NCBI RefSeq assembly: GCF_001457595.1
Contig: NZ_LN831039.1
Span: 2,490,001 to 2,522,000 of the forward strand
Direction of reading: 5' to 3'
Length of the DNA: 32,000 bases
Source: Mycolicibacterium smegmatis
GTDB taxonomy: Bacteria; Actinomycetota; Actinomycetes; Mycobacteriales; Mycobacteriaceae
Position 1 is the first letter of the stretch. Each line of letters starts with the position of its first letter. The translations under genes were made by a program, and so were the position numbers. This document shows positions 17,963-30,386 of this stretch, in pieces. The notes beneath the pieces are model-generated. The model was not told the DNA's origin, made no database searches, and saw nothing but the letters and a program-made list of their open reading frames with translations.

Positions 17963-18973
17963 GTGAGTATTTTCGCGACCGCGACCGGTGTCGGATCCTG
18001 GCCGGGGACCACGGCGCGGCAGGCCGCCGAGATCGTCGTCGGTGAACTGCACACGCTGTCGCATCTGGTGGAGCTGCCTGCCCGCGGCATCGGCGCCGAT
18101 CTGATCGGCCGCGCCGGGGCGCTTCTGGTCGACATCGGTATCGACACCGTGCCGCGCGGGTACCGGATCGCACCGGGGCGCAGTTCGGCGCTGCGCCGCG
18201 CGGTGAGCCTGCTCGGCGAGGATCTCGACGCGCTCGAAGAGGCGTGGGAGAAGGCCGGTCTGCGCGGCAGCGGCCGCCCGGTCAAGCTGCAGGCGCCCGG
18301 TCCCGTCACGCTGGCCGCGCACCTCGAACTGCCCGGGGGACACCGGGCCATCACCGATCCCGGTGCGCTTCGGGACCTCGGGGCGTCGCTGGCCGAGGGC
18401 GTCGCGGCACACCGCGCCGAGGTGGCCCGGCGCCTGGAGACGACCGTGGTGGTGCAGTTCGACGAACCGTCGCTGCCCGCGGCGCTGCAGGGCCGCCTGT
18501 CCGGCGTGACGAGCCTGACCCCGGTGCACCCCGTCGACGAACCGCTGGCCATGAGCCTGCTCGACGCGTGCGTGGCGCAGGCCGACACCGAGGTCGCCGT
18601 GCACAGTTGCGCGGCCGACCTGCCGTGGAAGGCGTTGCTGCGCAGCGACATCCACGCGATCTCCGTCGACGTGTCGACGCTCACCGCAGCGGATCTCGAC
18701 GGCGTGGGGGAGTTCGTCGACGCCGGTCGCACCGTGTTGCTCGGCGTCGTGCCGACGTCCGCACCCGACCGCAGACCGGCGGTCGAAGAGATCGCGAAAT
18801 CCGTTGTCGCCGTGACCGATCGGCTCGGCTTCGCACGCGAGGTGCTGCGTGAGCGGATCGGCGTGACGCCCGCGTGCGGGCTGGCAGGCGCCACACCCGA
18901 GTGGGCCCGCACCGCGATCGAACTGGCGCAGAAGGCCGCCGACGGTTTCGCGCAGGACCCCGAAGGGATCTGA
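17963..18973 (+). CDS. Cobalamin-independent methionine synthase C-terminal-like protein (MetE-like; resembles Rv3015c)
   Basis: SIFATATGVGSWPG, VVQFDEPSLPAAL, VHSCAADLPWKALL, GVTPACGLAGATPEWAR. Confidence 0.85.
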   Translation: MSIFATATGVGSWPGTTARQAAEIVVGELHTLSHLVELPARGIGADLIGRAGALLVDIGIDTVPRGYRIAPGRSSALRRAVSLLGEDLDALEEAWEKAGLRGSGRPVKLQAPGPVTLAAHLELPGGHRAITDPGALRDLGASLAEGVAAHRAEVARRLETTVVVQFDEPSLPAALQGRLSGVTSLTPVHPVDEPLAMSLLDACVAQADTEVAVHSCAADLPWKALLRSDIHAISVDVSTLTAADLDGVGEFVDAGRTVLLGVVPTSAPDRRPAVEEIAKSVVAVTDRLGFAREVLRERIGVTPACGLAGATPEWARTAIELAQKAADGFAQDPEGI

Positions 18974-18974
18974 T

Positions 18975-20549
18975 CTAGCGAGTCCGCAGTTCCTTGCGCA
19001 GGATCTTGCCCGCCGCCGATTTCGGCACGGCCTCGATGAACTCGACCTGGCGCACCTTCTTGTACGGCGCGACCTGACCGGCCACGAACGCCATGACCTC
19101 GTCGGCGCCGAGATCGATGCCGGGCTGCCGGACCACGAACGCCTTGGGCACCTCTTCGCCCGATTCCGGATCCTGCACACCGATCACCGCGGCGTCGGCG
19201 ATGCCCGGATGCGTCAGCAGCAGGGCCTCCAGTTCGGCCGGCGGCACCTGATACCCCTTGTACTTGATGAGTTCCTTGAGCCGGTCGACGATGTAGACGC
19301 AACCCGTGGCGTCCACCCGCGCCAGATCACCGGTGTGCAGGAAGCCGTCGTCGTCGATGGTCTCGCGCGTCGCGCGCTCGTTGTTGAGATACCCGGCCAT
19401 GACATTGGGGCCCTTGAACCACAACTCGCCGGTCTCGCTCAAACCCTCTGCGGGAACTTCGATCTCGGCACCGGTCTCCGGGTCGACGATCTTGCTCTCG
19501 GAGTTGGGCACGGTCCAGCCACACGAATCGAGCGGTGCCACTGTCCCGACGGTCGAGAGCCCGCCGTCTTTCGGGGTAACGTGGCTGACCGGGCTCAGCT
19601 CGCTCATGCCGTACCCCTGCACCACCCGGCAGTCGAGCCGTCGTGCGACGGCCAGGCCGAGCTCGGCGTCCAGCGACGCCGCACCGGACATGATGCCCTC
19701 CAGCGCCGACAGGTCGTACGAATCGACCATGGGGTGCTTGGCCAGCGCGACGGCGACCGGGGGAGCGATGTAGGCGTAGGTGCACCTGCGCTCGGCGATG
19801 TTGCCGAGGAACTCCGCGAGATCGAACGACGGCATCACCACCAGTTGGGCGCGCGCGTGCAGCGCGGCGTTGAGCAGCACCGTCATTCCGTAGATGTGGA
19901 AGAACGGGAGCACCGCGAGCAGCCGGTCGTCCCGGCGCATCCCTTGCAGCGGCCGGATCTGCGCGACGTTGGCGACCAGGTTCCTGTGGGTGAGCATGAC
20001 GCCCTTGGGATTTGCCGTCGTGCCCGAGCTGTAGGGCAGCACCGCCAGATGGGTGGCGGGGTCGAAGGTCACCTGAGGTGCGGCATGGCCGGTGGGCAGG
20101 CCCTCACCGTCGAGCAGCACGACGGCATCATCGGTCAGCCCCACCGCGGCCGCGGCCTCACGGGCCTGTGGCGCAAGGGCATTCACGGTGAGCAGTAGCT
20201 TGGCCTTCGAATCCGTGAGCTGCTTGGCGATGTCGCGCGCGGTGAACAGCGCGTTGACGGTGGTGGCGGTGGCACCCGCGCGCAGGATTCCGTGGAAGGC
20301 CACCGCGAACGCCGAACTGTTGGGCGACAGCAGCGCCACCACGTCGCCGACGCCGATCCCGCGGGCCGCCAGCGCGCCCGCGAACTCCTCGATGCGCCCG
20401 ATCAGTTCGCCGTAGGTGGTCTCTGCGCCGGTCCGGCTGTCGACGAGCGCCACCCGGCCCGCGTCCGCGTCGTCGAGACCGGCGAACAGAAAGTCGTGGA
20501 CGCTGACCGGCGGGATCGTGACGTCGGGGAACGGGCTGGCGAAACTCAT
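18975..20549 (-). CDS. Acyl-CoA synthetase / 4-coumarate-CoA ligase family (FadD-like)
   Basis: LPYSSGTTANPKGVMLTHRN, YGMSELSPVSH, TGDLARVDATGCVYIVDRLKELIKYKGYQVPPAELE, PKSAAGKILRKEL. Confidence 0.93.
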   Translation of the reverse strand: MSFASPFPDVTIPPVSVHDFLFAGLDDADAGRVALVDSRTGAETTYGELIGRIEEFAGALAARGIGVGDVVALLSPNSSAFAVAFHGILRAGATATTVNALFTARDIAKQLTDSKAKLLLTVNALAPQAREAAAAVGLTDDAVVLLDGEGLPTGHAAPQVTFDPATHLAVLPYSSGTTANPKGVMLTHRNLVANVAQIRPLQGMRRDDRLLAVLPFFHIYGMTVLLNAALHARAQLVVMPSFDLAEFLGNIAERRCTYAYIAPPVAVALAKHPMVDSYDLSALEGIMSGAASLDAELGLAVARRLDCRVVQGYGMSELSPVSHVTPKDGGLSTVGTVAPLDSCGWTVPNSESKIVDPETGAEIEVPAEGLSETGELWFKGPNVMAGYLNNERATRETIDDDGFLHTGDLARVDATGCVYIVDRLKELIKYKGYQVPPAELEALLLTHPGIADAAVIGVQDPESGEEVPKAFVVRQPGIDLGADEVMAFVAGQVAPYKKVRQVEFIEAVPKSAAGKILRKELRTR

Positions 20550-20962
20550 GTGACGGCTCCCGGCTGTTGGTCGAGTTGTTTGACGAGCTTTTTCGACGCC
20601 ACCATCCGGTAGGAGGCATCGAGGAGTTCGGTGACCTCTTCCCAGTCGACCTCGGCCGCGGTGAGATCGAGGCCCAGCCACCCGAACGGGCCCATGTAGG
20701 CCGGGAAGAAGAAGCGGCTGTCCTGTTCGAGCGCTTTGCGGTCGCTCTCGTCGACCTTGACCAGAACCGAGTGCGGGTACGGGATCATCTCGCCGCGTGC
20801 CTCGCCCTTCACGTTGCCGCCGTACATGGCGAACATCTTCGGCGCGCAGAACACCGGCCTGCCCCACGACACCTTCTCGAACGCGCCGGGAAACCCCAGC
20901 GCGATGGCGCGTACCTCGGCCAGACCCGGATCGTCGTCGCTGAACATGATGGGGTGGGGCAT
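20546..20962 (-). CDS. MmcQ/YjbR family DNA-binding-like protein
   Basis: LGFPGAFEKVSWGRPVFCAPKMFAMYGG..., WEEVTELLDASYRMVASKKLVKQL; 4-nt overlap with the fadD-like gene. Confidence 0.75.
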   Translation of the reverse strand: MPHPIMFSDDDPGLAEVRAIALGFPGAFEKVSWGRPVFCAPKMFAMYGGNVKGEARGEMIPYPHSVLVKVDESDRKALEQDSRFFFPAYMGPFGWLGLDLTAAEVDWEEVTELLDASYRMVASKKLVKQLDQQPGAVT

Positions 20963-20968
20963 GACGCC

Positions 20969-20974
20969 AGGTTA
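20969..20974 (-). promoter_or_regulatory. Predicted -10 box (TAACCT), 6 nt before ATG 20962
   Basis: Minus strand TTAACCT-GGCGTC-ATG. Confidence 0.5.
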
Positions 20975-21034
20975 ATCACCCGAAAAATTGCCGACGACCT
21001 GCAAGGGGTGCTGATGGGTGTCGGTGCGCTCGGC

Positions 21035-23152
<2,118 letters not shown>

Positions 23153-23200
23153 ACGGGATCTCGGCGGTGTGGGACGCAGAGTTGTTGCGCCCCAATAAAT

Positions 23201-23222
23201 GCCCCAACGAATGTGGTGGGGC
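23201..23222. terminator. Weak inverted repeat between convergent ligA and the ACT-protein gene
   Basis: GCCCCA-N10-TGGGGC; short stem, no clear T tract. Confidence 0.3.
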
Positions 23223-23891
23223 TCAGCGCAGGATCGTCGCGACGATCCCGGCGAGGTAGCCCAGCCGGGCGACCTCCGAGGGCCGGAACTTCGGGCCACC
23301 GGGCCTGCCGAGGACCACTGCGGTGCTGTGGTCGCCGAGCGGCGCCGCGGCCAGCGTCGTGGCCATGTCGCGCCACACCTGCGGAACCCAGTCCGCCGTC
23401 TCGTCGAGGGCCTCGGCGTGCTGCAGTGGCAGCCACGGTGCCGTCGCGGCCTGCGTCTCGGGTGCGCCGTGGCTCGCGGCGAGGCGTTCGGCACTGTCAC
23501 CGGCCGACCGGACCACCGTGCACCAGCCGACGCGCAGCACGCGGGGCGCCTCGGAGGCGAGCACCTGCAACTTGTCCGCCTTGGTGGGCGCGGCCGCGAT
23601 GTGATCGATCAGCTCGAGCTCGCGGTGCGCCTCCAGCAGGCCGGTGTGCGGCCGGATGCTGTCGACGAACACGCCGTTGAGGTTCTCCGCGGCCGTGATC
23701 AGGGTGTCGGGCATGGACCCGGCGGGCAGTTCGACGACCAGATCGTCGATCGCGTAGCCCGGTCCACGCTCGACGACGTCGAGCGAGAGGATGTCTGCGC
23801 CGACCGAGCCGAGGGCCACCGCGAGCGAGCCGAGGCTGCCCGGTCGGTCCTCGAGTTGGACGCGCAGCAGATACGAAGGCACGGCCAACAC
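23223..23891 (-). CDS. ACT-domain protein (resembles Rv3013)
   Basis: [51 protein letters not shown]-terminal ACT fold; GTG start at 23891 (alternative GTG at 23882). Confidence 0.8.
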   Translation of the reverse strand: MLAVPSYLLRVQLEDRPGSLGSLAVALGSVGADILSLDVVERGPGYAIDDLVVELPAGSMPDTLITAAENLNGVFVDSIRPHTGLLEAHRELELIDHIAAAPTKADKLQVLASEAPRVLRVGWCTVVRSAGDSAERLAASHGAPETQAATAPWLPLQHAEALDETADWVPQVWRDMATTLAAAPLGDHSTAVVLGRPGGPKFRPSEVARLGYLAGIVATILR

Positions 23892-23968
23892 CTTTTCACA
23901 GCGTGCTCACGTGAGCATGTCCGGTCGCTCGGCTCCCGCCCTGTGGTCTCGGCTCCCACTCTCTTGAC

Positions 23969-23974
23969 TAGGCT
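23969..23974 (+). promoter_or_regulatory. Predicted -10 box (TAGGCT), 8 nt before gatC GTG 23983
   Basis: TAGGCT-GCTTAGTC-GTG. Confidence 0.45.
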
Positions 23975-23982
23975 GCTTAGTC

Positions 23983-24282
23983 GTGTCACAGATCTCCCGA
24001 GACGAGGTCGCCCACCTGGCCCGACTGGCCCGGCTGGCGCTGACCGAAGACGAGCTGGACGGTTTCGCCGGCCAATTGGACGCGATCCTCGGCCATGTCA
24101 GCCAGATCCAGTCCGTGGATGTCACCGGTGTCGAGCCGACCGACAACCCCCTCAAGGACGTCAACGTGACCCGGCCCGACGCGGTGCAGCCGTGCCTGAC
24201 CCAGGACGAAGCGCTGGCAGCCGCACCGAAGGCGGCCGACGGCCGGTTCGCGGTGCCGAGGATTCTGGGGGAGCCCGAATGA
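23983..24282 (+). CDS. gatC: Asp-tRNA(Asn)/Glu-tRNA(Gln) amidotransferase subunit C
   Basis: [25 protein letters not shown]...[24 protein letters not shown]. Confidence 0.95.
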   Translation: MSQISRDEVAHLARLARLALTEDELDGFAGQLDAILGHVSQIQSVDVTGVEPTDNPLKDVNVTRPDAVQPCLTQDEALAAAPKAADGRFAVPRILGEPE

Positions 24283-25763
24283 GCACCGAACTGATCCGCA
24301 GCGACGCCGCGACGCTGGGCGCCAAGATCGCGGCCAAGGAGGTGTCCTCGACCGAGGTCACCCAGGCCCACCTCGACCAGATCGCCGCGACCGACGATCG
24401 CTTCCACGCGTTCCTGCACGTCGCTGCCGATTCCGCACTCGCCGAGGCGGCCCGTGTCGACGCCGCGGTCGCGGCAGGCGAGCAGCTGCCGTCGCCGCTG
24501 GCGGGCGTGCCGCTCGCGCTCAAGGACGTGTTCACCACGACCGACATGCCCACGACGTGCGGGTCGAAGATCCTCGAAGGCTGGCAGTCCCCGTACGACG
24601 CGACCGTGACGGTCAAGCTGCGTGCCGCGGGCATCCCGATCCTCGGCAAGACCAACATGGACGAGTTCGCCATGGGCAGCTCGACCGAGAACTCGGCGTA
24701 CGGCCCGACGCGCAACCCGTGGAACACCGAGCGCGTGCCTGGCGGCTCCGGCGGCGGCAGCGCCGCCGCGCTCGCGGCCTACCAGGCGCCGCTGGCCATC
24801 GGCTCCGACACCGGCGGTTCGATCCGCCAGCCGGCCGCGCTGACCGCCACGGTCGGCGTCAAGCCCACGTACGGCACGGTGTCGCGGTACGGGCTCATCG
24901 CGTGTGCTTCGTCACTGGACCAGGGCGGCCCGTGCGCGCGCACGGTGCTCGACACCGCGCTGCTGCACGCCGTGATCGCAGGCCACGACGCGCGCGACTC
25001 GACGTCGGTCAAGGCCGACGTGCCCGATGTGGTCGCCGCCGCCAGGGCCGGCGCGACGGGCGACCTCAAGGGTGTGCGTGTGGGTGTGGTCAAGCAGCTG
25101 CGCGGGGACGGCTACCAGCCGGGCGTGCTGCAGTCGTTCAACGCCGCCGTCGAGCAGCTGACCGCGCTGGGCGCCGAGGTCACCGAGGTGGACTGCCCGC
25201 ACTTCGACCACGCGATGGCGGCCTATTACCTGATCCTGCCCTCGGAGGTGTCGAGCAACCTCGCGCGTTTCGACGCGATGCGGTTCGGCCTGCGCGTCGG
25301 CGACGACGGCACCCACAGCGCCGAAGAGGTCATGGCGCTCACACGTGCCGCCGGATTCGGCCCAGAAGTCAAGCGCCGCATCATGATCGGCACATACGCG
25401 CTTTCGGCGGGCTACTACGACGCCTACTACAACCAGGCCCAGAAGGTCCGGACGCTGATCGCGCGCGACCTGGACCGCGCGTACGAGAACGTCGACGTGC
25501 TGGTGTCGCCCGCGACGCCGACCACCGCATTCGGGCTGGGGGAGAAGGTCGACGACCCGCTGGCGATGTACCTGTTCGACCTGTGCACGCTGCCGCTGAA
25601 CCTGGCCGGGCACTGCGGCATGTCGGTCCCGTCGGGCCTGTCGCCCGACGACGGTCTGCCCGTCGGCCTGCAGATCATGGCCCCCGCGCTCGCCGACGAC
25701 CGGCTCTACCGCGTCGGCGCGGCCTACGAGGCTGCGCGCGGTCCGCTGCCATCTGCGCTCTGA
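24279..25763 (+). CDS. gatA: Asp-tRNA(Asn)/Glu-tRNA(Gln) amidotransferase subunit A
   Basis: Amidase signature [54 protein letters not shown]; ATGA overlap with gatC. Confidence 0.98.
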   Translation: MSTELIRSDAATLGAKIAAKEVSSTEVTQAHLDQIAATDDRFHAFLHVAADSALAEAARVDAAVAAGEQLPSPLAGVPLALKDVFTTTDMPTTCGSKILEGWQSPYDATVTVKLRAAGIPILGKTNMDEFAMGSSTENSAYGPTRNPWNTERVPGGSGGGSAAALAAYQAPLAIGSDTGGSIRQPAALTATVGVKPTYGTVSRYGLIACASSLDQGGPCARTVLDTALLHAVIAGHDARDSTSVKADVPDVVAAARAGATGDLKGVRVGVVKQLRGDGYQPGVLQSFNAAVEQLTALGAEVTEVDCPHFDHAMAAYYLILPSEVSSNLARFDAMRFGLRVGDDGTHSAEEVMALTRAAGFGPEVKRRIMIGTYALSAGYYDAYYNQAQKVRTLIARDLDRAYENVDVLVSPATPTTAFGLGEKVDDPLAMYLFDLCTLPLNLAGHCGMSVPSGLSPDDGLPVGLQIMAPALADDRLYRVGAAYEAARGPLPSAL

Positions 25764-25806
25764 CGGGGGAAGATGAAGCTACGCGAGTAGCAGGAGGGCA
25801 AAGGGC

Positions 25807-26838
25807 ATGCGGATCGGAGTTCTCACCGGTGGCGGTGACTGTCCAGGCCTGAACGCGGTGATCCGGGCGGTCGTGCGCACGTGCGACCAGCGCTACGGCT
25901 CGTCGGTGGTCGGGTTCCTCGACGGTTGGCGCGGCCTGCTGGAGGACCGCCGGATCCAGCTCGCCAACGACGACCGCAACGACCGGCTGCTGGCCAAGGG
26001 CGGCACGATCCTCGGCACGGCACGCGTCAACCCCGAGAAGCTGCGCAACGGCCTCGACCAGATCAAGCAGACGCTGGAAGACAACGGCATCGACGTGCTG
26101 ATCCCGATCGGCGGCGAAGGCACGCTGACCGCGGCGCACTGGCTGTCCGAGGAGAACGTGCCGGTGGTCGGCGTGCCCAAGACCATCGACAACGACATCG
26201 ACTGCACCGACGTGACGTTCGGCCACGACACCGCGCTGACCGTGGCGACCGAGGCCATCGACCGGTTGCACAGCACCGCCGAATCGCATCAGCGCGTCAT
26301 GCTGGTCGAGGTCATGGGCCGCCACGCCGGCTGGATCGCGCTCAACGCGGGTATCGCCTCGGGTGCGCACATGACGCTCATCCCCGAGCAGCCGTTCGAC
26401 GTCGAAGAGGTGTGCCGGCTGGTCAAACAGCGCTTCGTGCGCGGGGACTCGCACTTCATCTGTGTGGTCGCCGAGGGCGCCAAGCCTGCCGAGGGTTCCA
26501 TGCGGCTGCGCGAGGGCGGTATCGACGAATTCGGCCACGAGCGGTTCACCGGCGTCGCGCAGCAACTCGCGCTCGAGGTGGAGAAGCGCATCAACAAGGA
26601 GGTGCGCGTCACGGTGCTCGGGCACGTGCAGCGCGGCGGCACCCCGACGGCCTACGACCGCGTGCTGGCGACGCGTTTCGGCGTCAACGCCGCCGACGCC
26701 GCGCACGCGGGCGAGTACGGGATGATGGTGTCGCTGCGCGGCCAGGAGATCGGCCGCGTGCCGCTGGCCGACGCGGTGCGCCAGCTCAAGCTGGTGCCGC
26801 AGTCCCGTTACGACGACGCCGCGGAATTCTTCGGCTGA
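25807..26838 (+). CDS. pfkA: 6-phosphofructokinase
   Basis: [53 protein letters not shown]. Confidence 0.97.
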   Translation: MRIGVLTGGGDCPGLNAVIRAVVRTCDQRYGSSVVGFLDGWRGLLEDRRIQLANDDRNDRLLAKGGTILGTARVNPEKLRNGLDQIKQTLEDNGIDVLIPIGGEGTLTAAHWLSEENVPVVGVPKTIDNDIDCTDVTFGHDTALTVATEAIDRLHSTAESHQRVMLVEVMGRHAGWIALNAGIASGAHMTLIPEQPFDVEEVCRLVKQRFVRGDSHFICVVAEGAKPAEGSMRLREGGIDEFGHERFTGVAQQLALEVEKRINKEVRVTVLGHVQRGGTPTAYDRVLATRFGVNAADAAHAGEYGMMVSLRGQEIGRVPLADAVRQLKLVPQSRYDDAAEFFG

Positions 26839-26887
26839 GGGTTCTCCTCTGCCTTCGGGCGCTCGCGGCAGGGGCGAGGGCTCAAAC

Positions 26888-26893
26888 TAAAAT
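26888..26893 (+). promoter_or_regulatory. Predicted -10 box (TAAAAT), 6 nt before gatB ATG 26900
   Basis: TAAAAT-CGCCTC-ATG, no Shine-Dalgarno; an AT-rich hexamer that stands out in a GC-rich context. Confidence 0.6.
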
Positions 26894-26899
26894 CGCCTC

Positions 26900-28411
26900 A
26901 TGACCGCTGCCACCACCGCTGAACTCGTTGACTTCGACGACGTCGTCGCGCGCTACGAACCCGTCATGGGCATGGAGGTGCACGTCGAGCTGTCGACAGC
27001 CACCAAGATGTTCTGCGGGTGCGCCAACCGGTTCGGCGCCGAGCCCAACACGCTCGTCTGCCCGGTATGCCTCGGCCTGCCGGGCGCGCTGCCGGTGCTC
27101 AACGAGGCCGCGGTGGAGTCGGCCATCCGCATCGGGCTCGCGCTGAACTGCGAGATCACGCCGTGGGGCCGGTTCGCGCGGAAGAACTACTTCTACCCGG
27201 ACCAGCCGAAGAACTACCAGATCTCGCAGTACGACGAGCCCATCGCGGTCGACGGCTACCTCGACGTCCCGCTGGAGGACGGCACCACATGGCGCGTGGA
27301 GATCGAACGCGCCCATATGGAGGAGGACACCGGCAAGCTGACCCACCTGGGCAGCGACACGGGCCGCATCGCCGGCGCGACGACATCGCTCGCGGACTAC
27401 AACCGTGCGGGGGTGCCGCTCATCGAGATCGTCACCAAGCCCATCGAGGGCGCGGGCGCCCGCGCGCCGGAGATCGCGCGCGCCTACGTCACGGCGCTGC
27501 GGCAGCTCATGCGCGCCCTGGACGTCTCGGACGTCCGCATGGACCAGGGCTCGATGCGGTGTGATTCGAACGTGTCGCTCAAACCCAAGGGCGCCAAGGA
27601 GTTCGGCACCCGCACCGAGACCAAGAACGTGAACTCGCTGCGCAGTGTCGAGGTTGCCGTGCGATACGAGATGCGCCGTCAGGCAGCGGTTCTCGATGCG
27701 GGCGGCACTGTCACACAGGAGACACGGCACTTCCATGAGGACGGCTACACCTCGCCGGGACGCAGCAAGGAGACCGCGCAGGACTACCGCTACTTCCCCG
27801 AGCCCGATCTGGAACCCGTCGCGCCGAGCCCCGAACTCGTCGAGCGTCTGCGCACGACCATCCCGGAGCTGCCGTGGCTCGCGCGCAAGCGGATCCAGGA
27901 CGACTGGGGCGTCTCCGACGAGGTGATGCGCGACCTGGTCAACGCCGGGGCGGTCGAACTGGTCGCGGCCACCGTCGACCACGGTGTCTCCAGTGAGGCG
28001 GCCCGCGCATGGTGGGGCAACTTCCTGGTGCAGAAGGCCAACGAGGCAGGCGTCGAACTCGACGAGCTGCCCATCAGCCCGGCCCAGGTGGCGGCCGTGG
28101 TGAAGCTCGTCGACGAGGGCAAGCTGTCCAACAAGCTCGCCCGCCAGGTCGTCGAGGGCGTGCTCGCCAGTGAGGGCGAGCCCGAACAGGTGATGACCGA
28201 CCGCGGACTCGCGCTGGTGCGCGACGATTCGGTGATCCAGGCCGCAGTGGACGAGGCGCTGGCCGCCAACCCCGACATCGTCGAGAAGATCCGCGGCGGC
28301 AAGGTCCAGGCCGCGGGCGCGATCGTGGGTGCGGTCATGAAGGCCACCAAGGGTTCGGCGGACGCCGCGCGGGTGCGCGAACTGGTGCTGGCGGCCTGCG
28401 GTCAGAGCTGA
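26900..28411 (+). CDS. gatB: Asp-tRNA(Asn)/Glu-tRNA(Gln) amidotransferase subunit B
   Basis: [58 protein letters not shown]-terminal YqeY-like domain. Confidence 0.98.
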   Translation: MTAATTAELVDFDDVVARYEPVMGMEVHVELSTATKMFCGCANRFGAEPNTLVCPVCLGLPGALPVLNEAAVESAIRIGLALNCEITPWGRFARKNYFYPDQPKNYQISQYDEPIAVDGYLDVPLEDGTTWRVEIERAHMEEDTGKLTHLGSDTGRIAGATTSLADYNRAGVPLIEIVTKPIEGAGARAPEIARAYVTALRQLMRALDVSDVRMDQGSMRCDSNVSLKPKGAKEFGTRTETKNVNSLRSVEVAVRYEMRRQAAVLDAGGTVTQETRHFHEDGYTSPGRSKETAQDYRYFPEPDLEPVAPSPELVERLRTTIPELPWLARKRIQDDWGVSDEVMRDLVNAGAVELVAATVDHGVSSEAARAWWGNFLVQKANEAGVELDELPISPAQVAAVVKLVDEGKLSNKLARQVVEGVLASEGEPEQVMTDRGLALVRDDSVIQAAVDEALAANPDIVEKIRGGKVQAAGAIVGAVMKATKGSADAARVRELVLAACGQS

Positions 28412-28482
28412 TTTCGGCCGCCCGCGGCCGGAGCTGATTTCGGCCGCCCGCGGCCGGAGCTGATTTCGGCCGCCCGCGGCCG
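28405..28482 (+). repeat. Three perfect tandem copies of a 26-bp unit spanning the gatB stop codon
   Basis: GAGCTGATTTCGGCCGCCCGCGGCCG at 28405-28430, 28431-28456 and 28457-28482; each contains the hairpin-capable CGGCCG-CCCG-CGGCCG. Confidence 0.97.
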
Positions 28483-28495
28483 GCGCTGACGGGCG

Positions 28496-29167
28496 TCAGG
28501 TCGGAACCGGGAACTGGCCGGCGAACATCTTCATCGTCGTCGCCGCGTACTGCTCGAGCCGCTCGCGCGTGTAGGTCTCGGGATCGTGCACGGCGAGCCG
28601 GCCAAGCATCTCGGCGAACGACAGCATCGTGTGGCCGATCAGTTCGGGGTCCAGGTTGGTCAGCCGGGGATCCAGTTCGATGCCTGCGCGCGCGAAAGAC
28701 TCGGCCAGCGCGACGATCTGCGAACGCGCGTGGCGTACCGCGGCCCGGTACTCGCGCGGAGCGCTGTCGGGGACGGTCAGAATGAGACGCCACCGGGTCG
28801 GGTTCTCCAGGACAGACTGGAGAAACGCTGACACGGTGGCGGTGTAGGCCTCGGTGGGACCGGCGACGATGAGATCGTTGGGCAGCGCCGCACGAACCTG
28901 GTCGAGTCCCCGTTTGTGCTCGCGGGTGAGCAGTGCGGTGACCAGTTCCGCGCGCGTGCGGTACGCGGTGTAGAGGACCGGTTTGCCCACGCCCGCGGCC
29001 TCGGCGACGGCCTCCATGCTCAGTTCGTGCAATGGGCAGTCGGCCAGCACGGTGAGTGCCGCGTCGAGCAGTTGCTGGCGCCTTTGCTCTCGCGGCAGCC
29101 GCGGTGCGTATCGTCGGCGCTGGCGTTCAGGCACTCGGACAATGGTACGTGATGTGGGTCCGGTCAC
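28496..29167 (-). CDS. TetR-family transcriptional regulator
   Basis: REQRRQQLLDAALTVLADCPLHELSMEAVAEAAGVGKPVLYTAYRTRAELVTALL. Start uncertain: GTG 29167, or GTG 29134 which is 7 nt after a TACCAT box. Confidence 0.88.
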   Translation of the reverse strand: MTGPTSRTIVRVPERQRRRYAPRLPREQRRQQLLDAALTVLADCPLHELSMEAVAEAAGVGKPVLYTAYRTRAELVTALLTREHKRGLDQVRAALPNDLIVAGPTEAYTATVSAFLQSVLENPTRWRLILTVPDSAPREYRAAVRHARSQIVALAESFARAGIELDPRLTNLDPELIGHTMLSFAEMLGRLAVHDPETYTRERLEQYAATTMKMFAGQFPVPT

Positions 29168-29251
29168 ATATCCGGCCGCTGGCGCGCACGTACGGCCCCG
29201 ATTCGCCGCTGACGCACAGATATCGAGCGTGACTGCGAAAAGGGTTGTGGC

Positions 29252-30373
29252 TCAGGTCTTGTCGGCATCGCCGCGCGGGAATCCGCCGCCCTGCGGGAAC
29301 AACGGGAACACCACGTCGTCGAGCTTCTCGGCGTCGCCGGCGGTCTTGTTGACCGTCGCGCCCCACACGTTGCCGTCGGGGGACAGCTGCAGTGCCCACA
29401 CGTGACCACGCGTGTTGTCCCGCACCACCTCGGGTTCGCCCGTCACCGCACCGGTGTCGGGTGCCATGTGCACGGCGACGGTCTTCTTGGTGTCGACGAG
29501 GTTCACCAGCACCGTGCCGTCGAGCGCGGCACAGCCCGCCACCCCAGGACGGTCGGGCCAGGTCCACACCGTCGAGATCTTGGAGTCCTTGGTCATCCGC
29601 TGCAGGCGGTCGGCCGTCGGCGTGCGGTCGGTGACGTACAACGACCCGTCGGACGGGTCGATGCACATGCCGCCACCGGCGCCCATGCCCGACATCGCGG
29701 TGGTGATGGGCGCCTGGTTGACCGTGGTGGGCTGCTCGATGCGCAGCACCTTGCCCGCCGGCGAGTTCGGATCGGCCGCCATGGCAGGGTCACCCGCGTC
29801 GCCGGTCTGCACCAACAACGTCGTGGGACTCGTGAAGATCAGCGAGCCCATGTTCCCGGTGGCGCCCTTGGGGATGCCGGTGAGGATCGGCTTGGGCACG
29901 TCGCCGTCGGCGATACGCACGACGCGGTTGTCGGTGGGCGTGCTGATGTAGGCGTACATCAACCGGTCCTGGATGTACGTCGGGGACTTCACGATGTCCA
30001 TCAGGCCGCCGTCACCTGACGGATCGACGGGGATCACGGTCTTGATCTTCGGCTCGGCACGCGTGGCGACCTCTTTGATCGCACCCGTCAACCGCTCGCC
30101 CACCAGCGCGGACTGGCTGTCGGCGCCCATGATCAGGCCACTGGTGCTGTCGAGGCAGCCCTGCATGACACCCGGCGCGGGGCATTCCTTGGGGAACGGA
30201 ACCGCCGGCAGCGGCGGGGGCGGCGGCGGAGTCGTGGTGGGGCCGGGCCGCAGCTCGGGTTCGGTGGTGAACGGCTCCGACTGTGCCGCATCGAACCGGG
30301 CGCACCCCGTGCCGACCAGCATCGCGGCACACAAGACGGCGGCCACCTGTCTCATCCGCCGGAGCGATTTCAT
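29252..30373 (-). CDS. lppZ: Predicted lipoprotein, LppZ-like, soluble-glucose-dehydrogenase/beta-propeller type (resembles Rv3006)
   Basis: Signal peptide and lipobox MKSLRRMRQVAAVLCAAMLVGTGC, proline-rich linker, repeated WTWPDRPG/VVRIADG segments. Confidence 0.82.
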   Translation of the reverse strand: MKSLRRMRQVAAVLCAAMLVGTGCARFDAAQSEPFTTEPELRPGPTTTPPPPPPLPAVPFPKECPAPGVMQGCLDSTSGLIMGADSQSALVGERLTGAIKEVATRAEPKIKTVIPVDPSGDGGLMDIVKSPTYIQDRLMYAYISTPTDNRVVRIADGDVPKPILTGIPKGATGNMGSLIFTSPTTLLVQTGDAGDPAMAADPNSPAGKVLRIEQPTTVNQAPITTAMSGMGAGGGMCIDPSDGSLYVTDRTPTADRLQRMTKDSKISTVWTWPDRPGVAGCAALDGTVLVNLVDTKKTVAVHMAPDTGAVTGEPEVVRDNTRGHVWALQLSPDGNVWGATVNKTAGDAEKLDDVVFPLFPQGGGFPRGDADKT

Positions 30374-30380
30374 GCTCGCC

Positions 30381-30386
30381 AGATTA
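30381..30386 (-). promoter_or_regulatory. Predicted -10 box (TAATCT), 7 nt before lppZ ATG 30373
   Basis: Minus strand GTAATCT-GGCGAGC-ATG. Confidence 0.55.

Noticed and set aside
17924-19180. 418-codon minus-strand ORF opposite the MetE-like gene
   Set aside because: Antisense to a clearly conserved protein; composition is Arg/Ala/Gly/His-rich with no motif, a typical shadow ORF of GC-rich DNA.
24557-25852. 431-aa plus-strand ORF overlapping gatA
   Set aside because: Frame-shifted shadow translation of gatA; the amidase signature is in the other frame.
26841-26880. Short inverted repeat CTCTGCC/GGCAGGG after pfkA as a terminator
   Set aside because: Only about 7 bp including a wobble pair, no T tract, and gatB follows directly; too weak to call.
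25881-26903. 340-aa plus-strand ORF overlapping pfkA
   Set aside because: Out-of-frame shadow of pfkA with a low-complexity Arg/Pro/Gly-rich translation; pfkA has unmistakable catalytic motifs.
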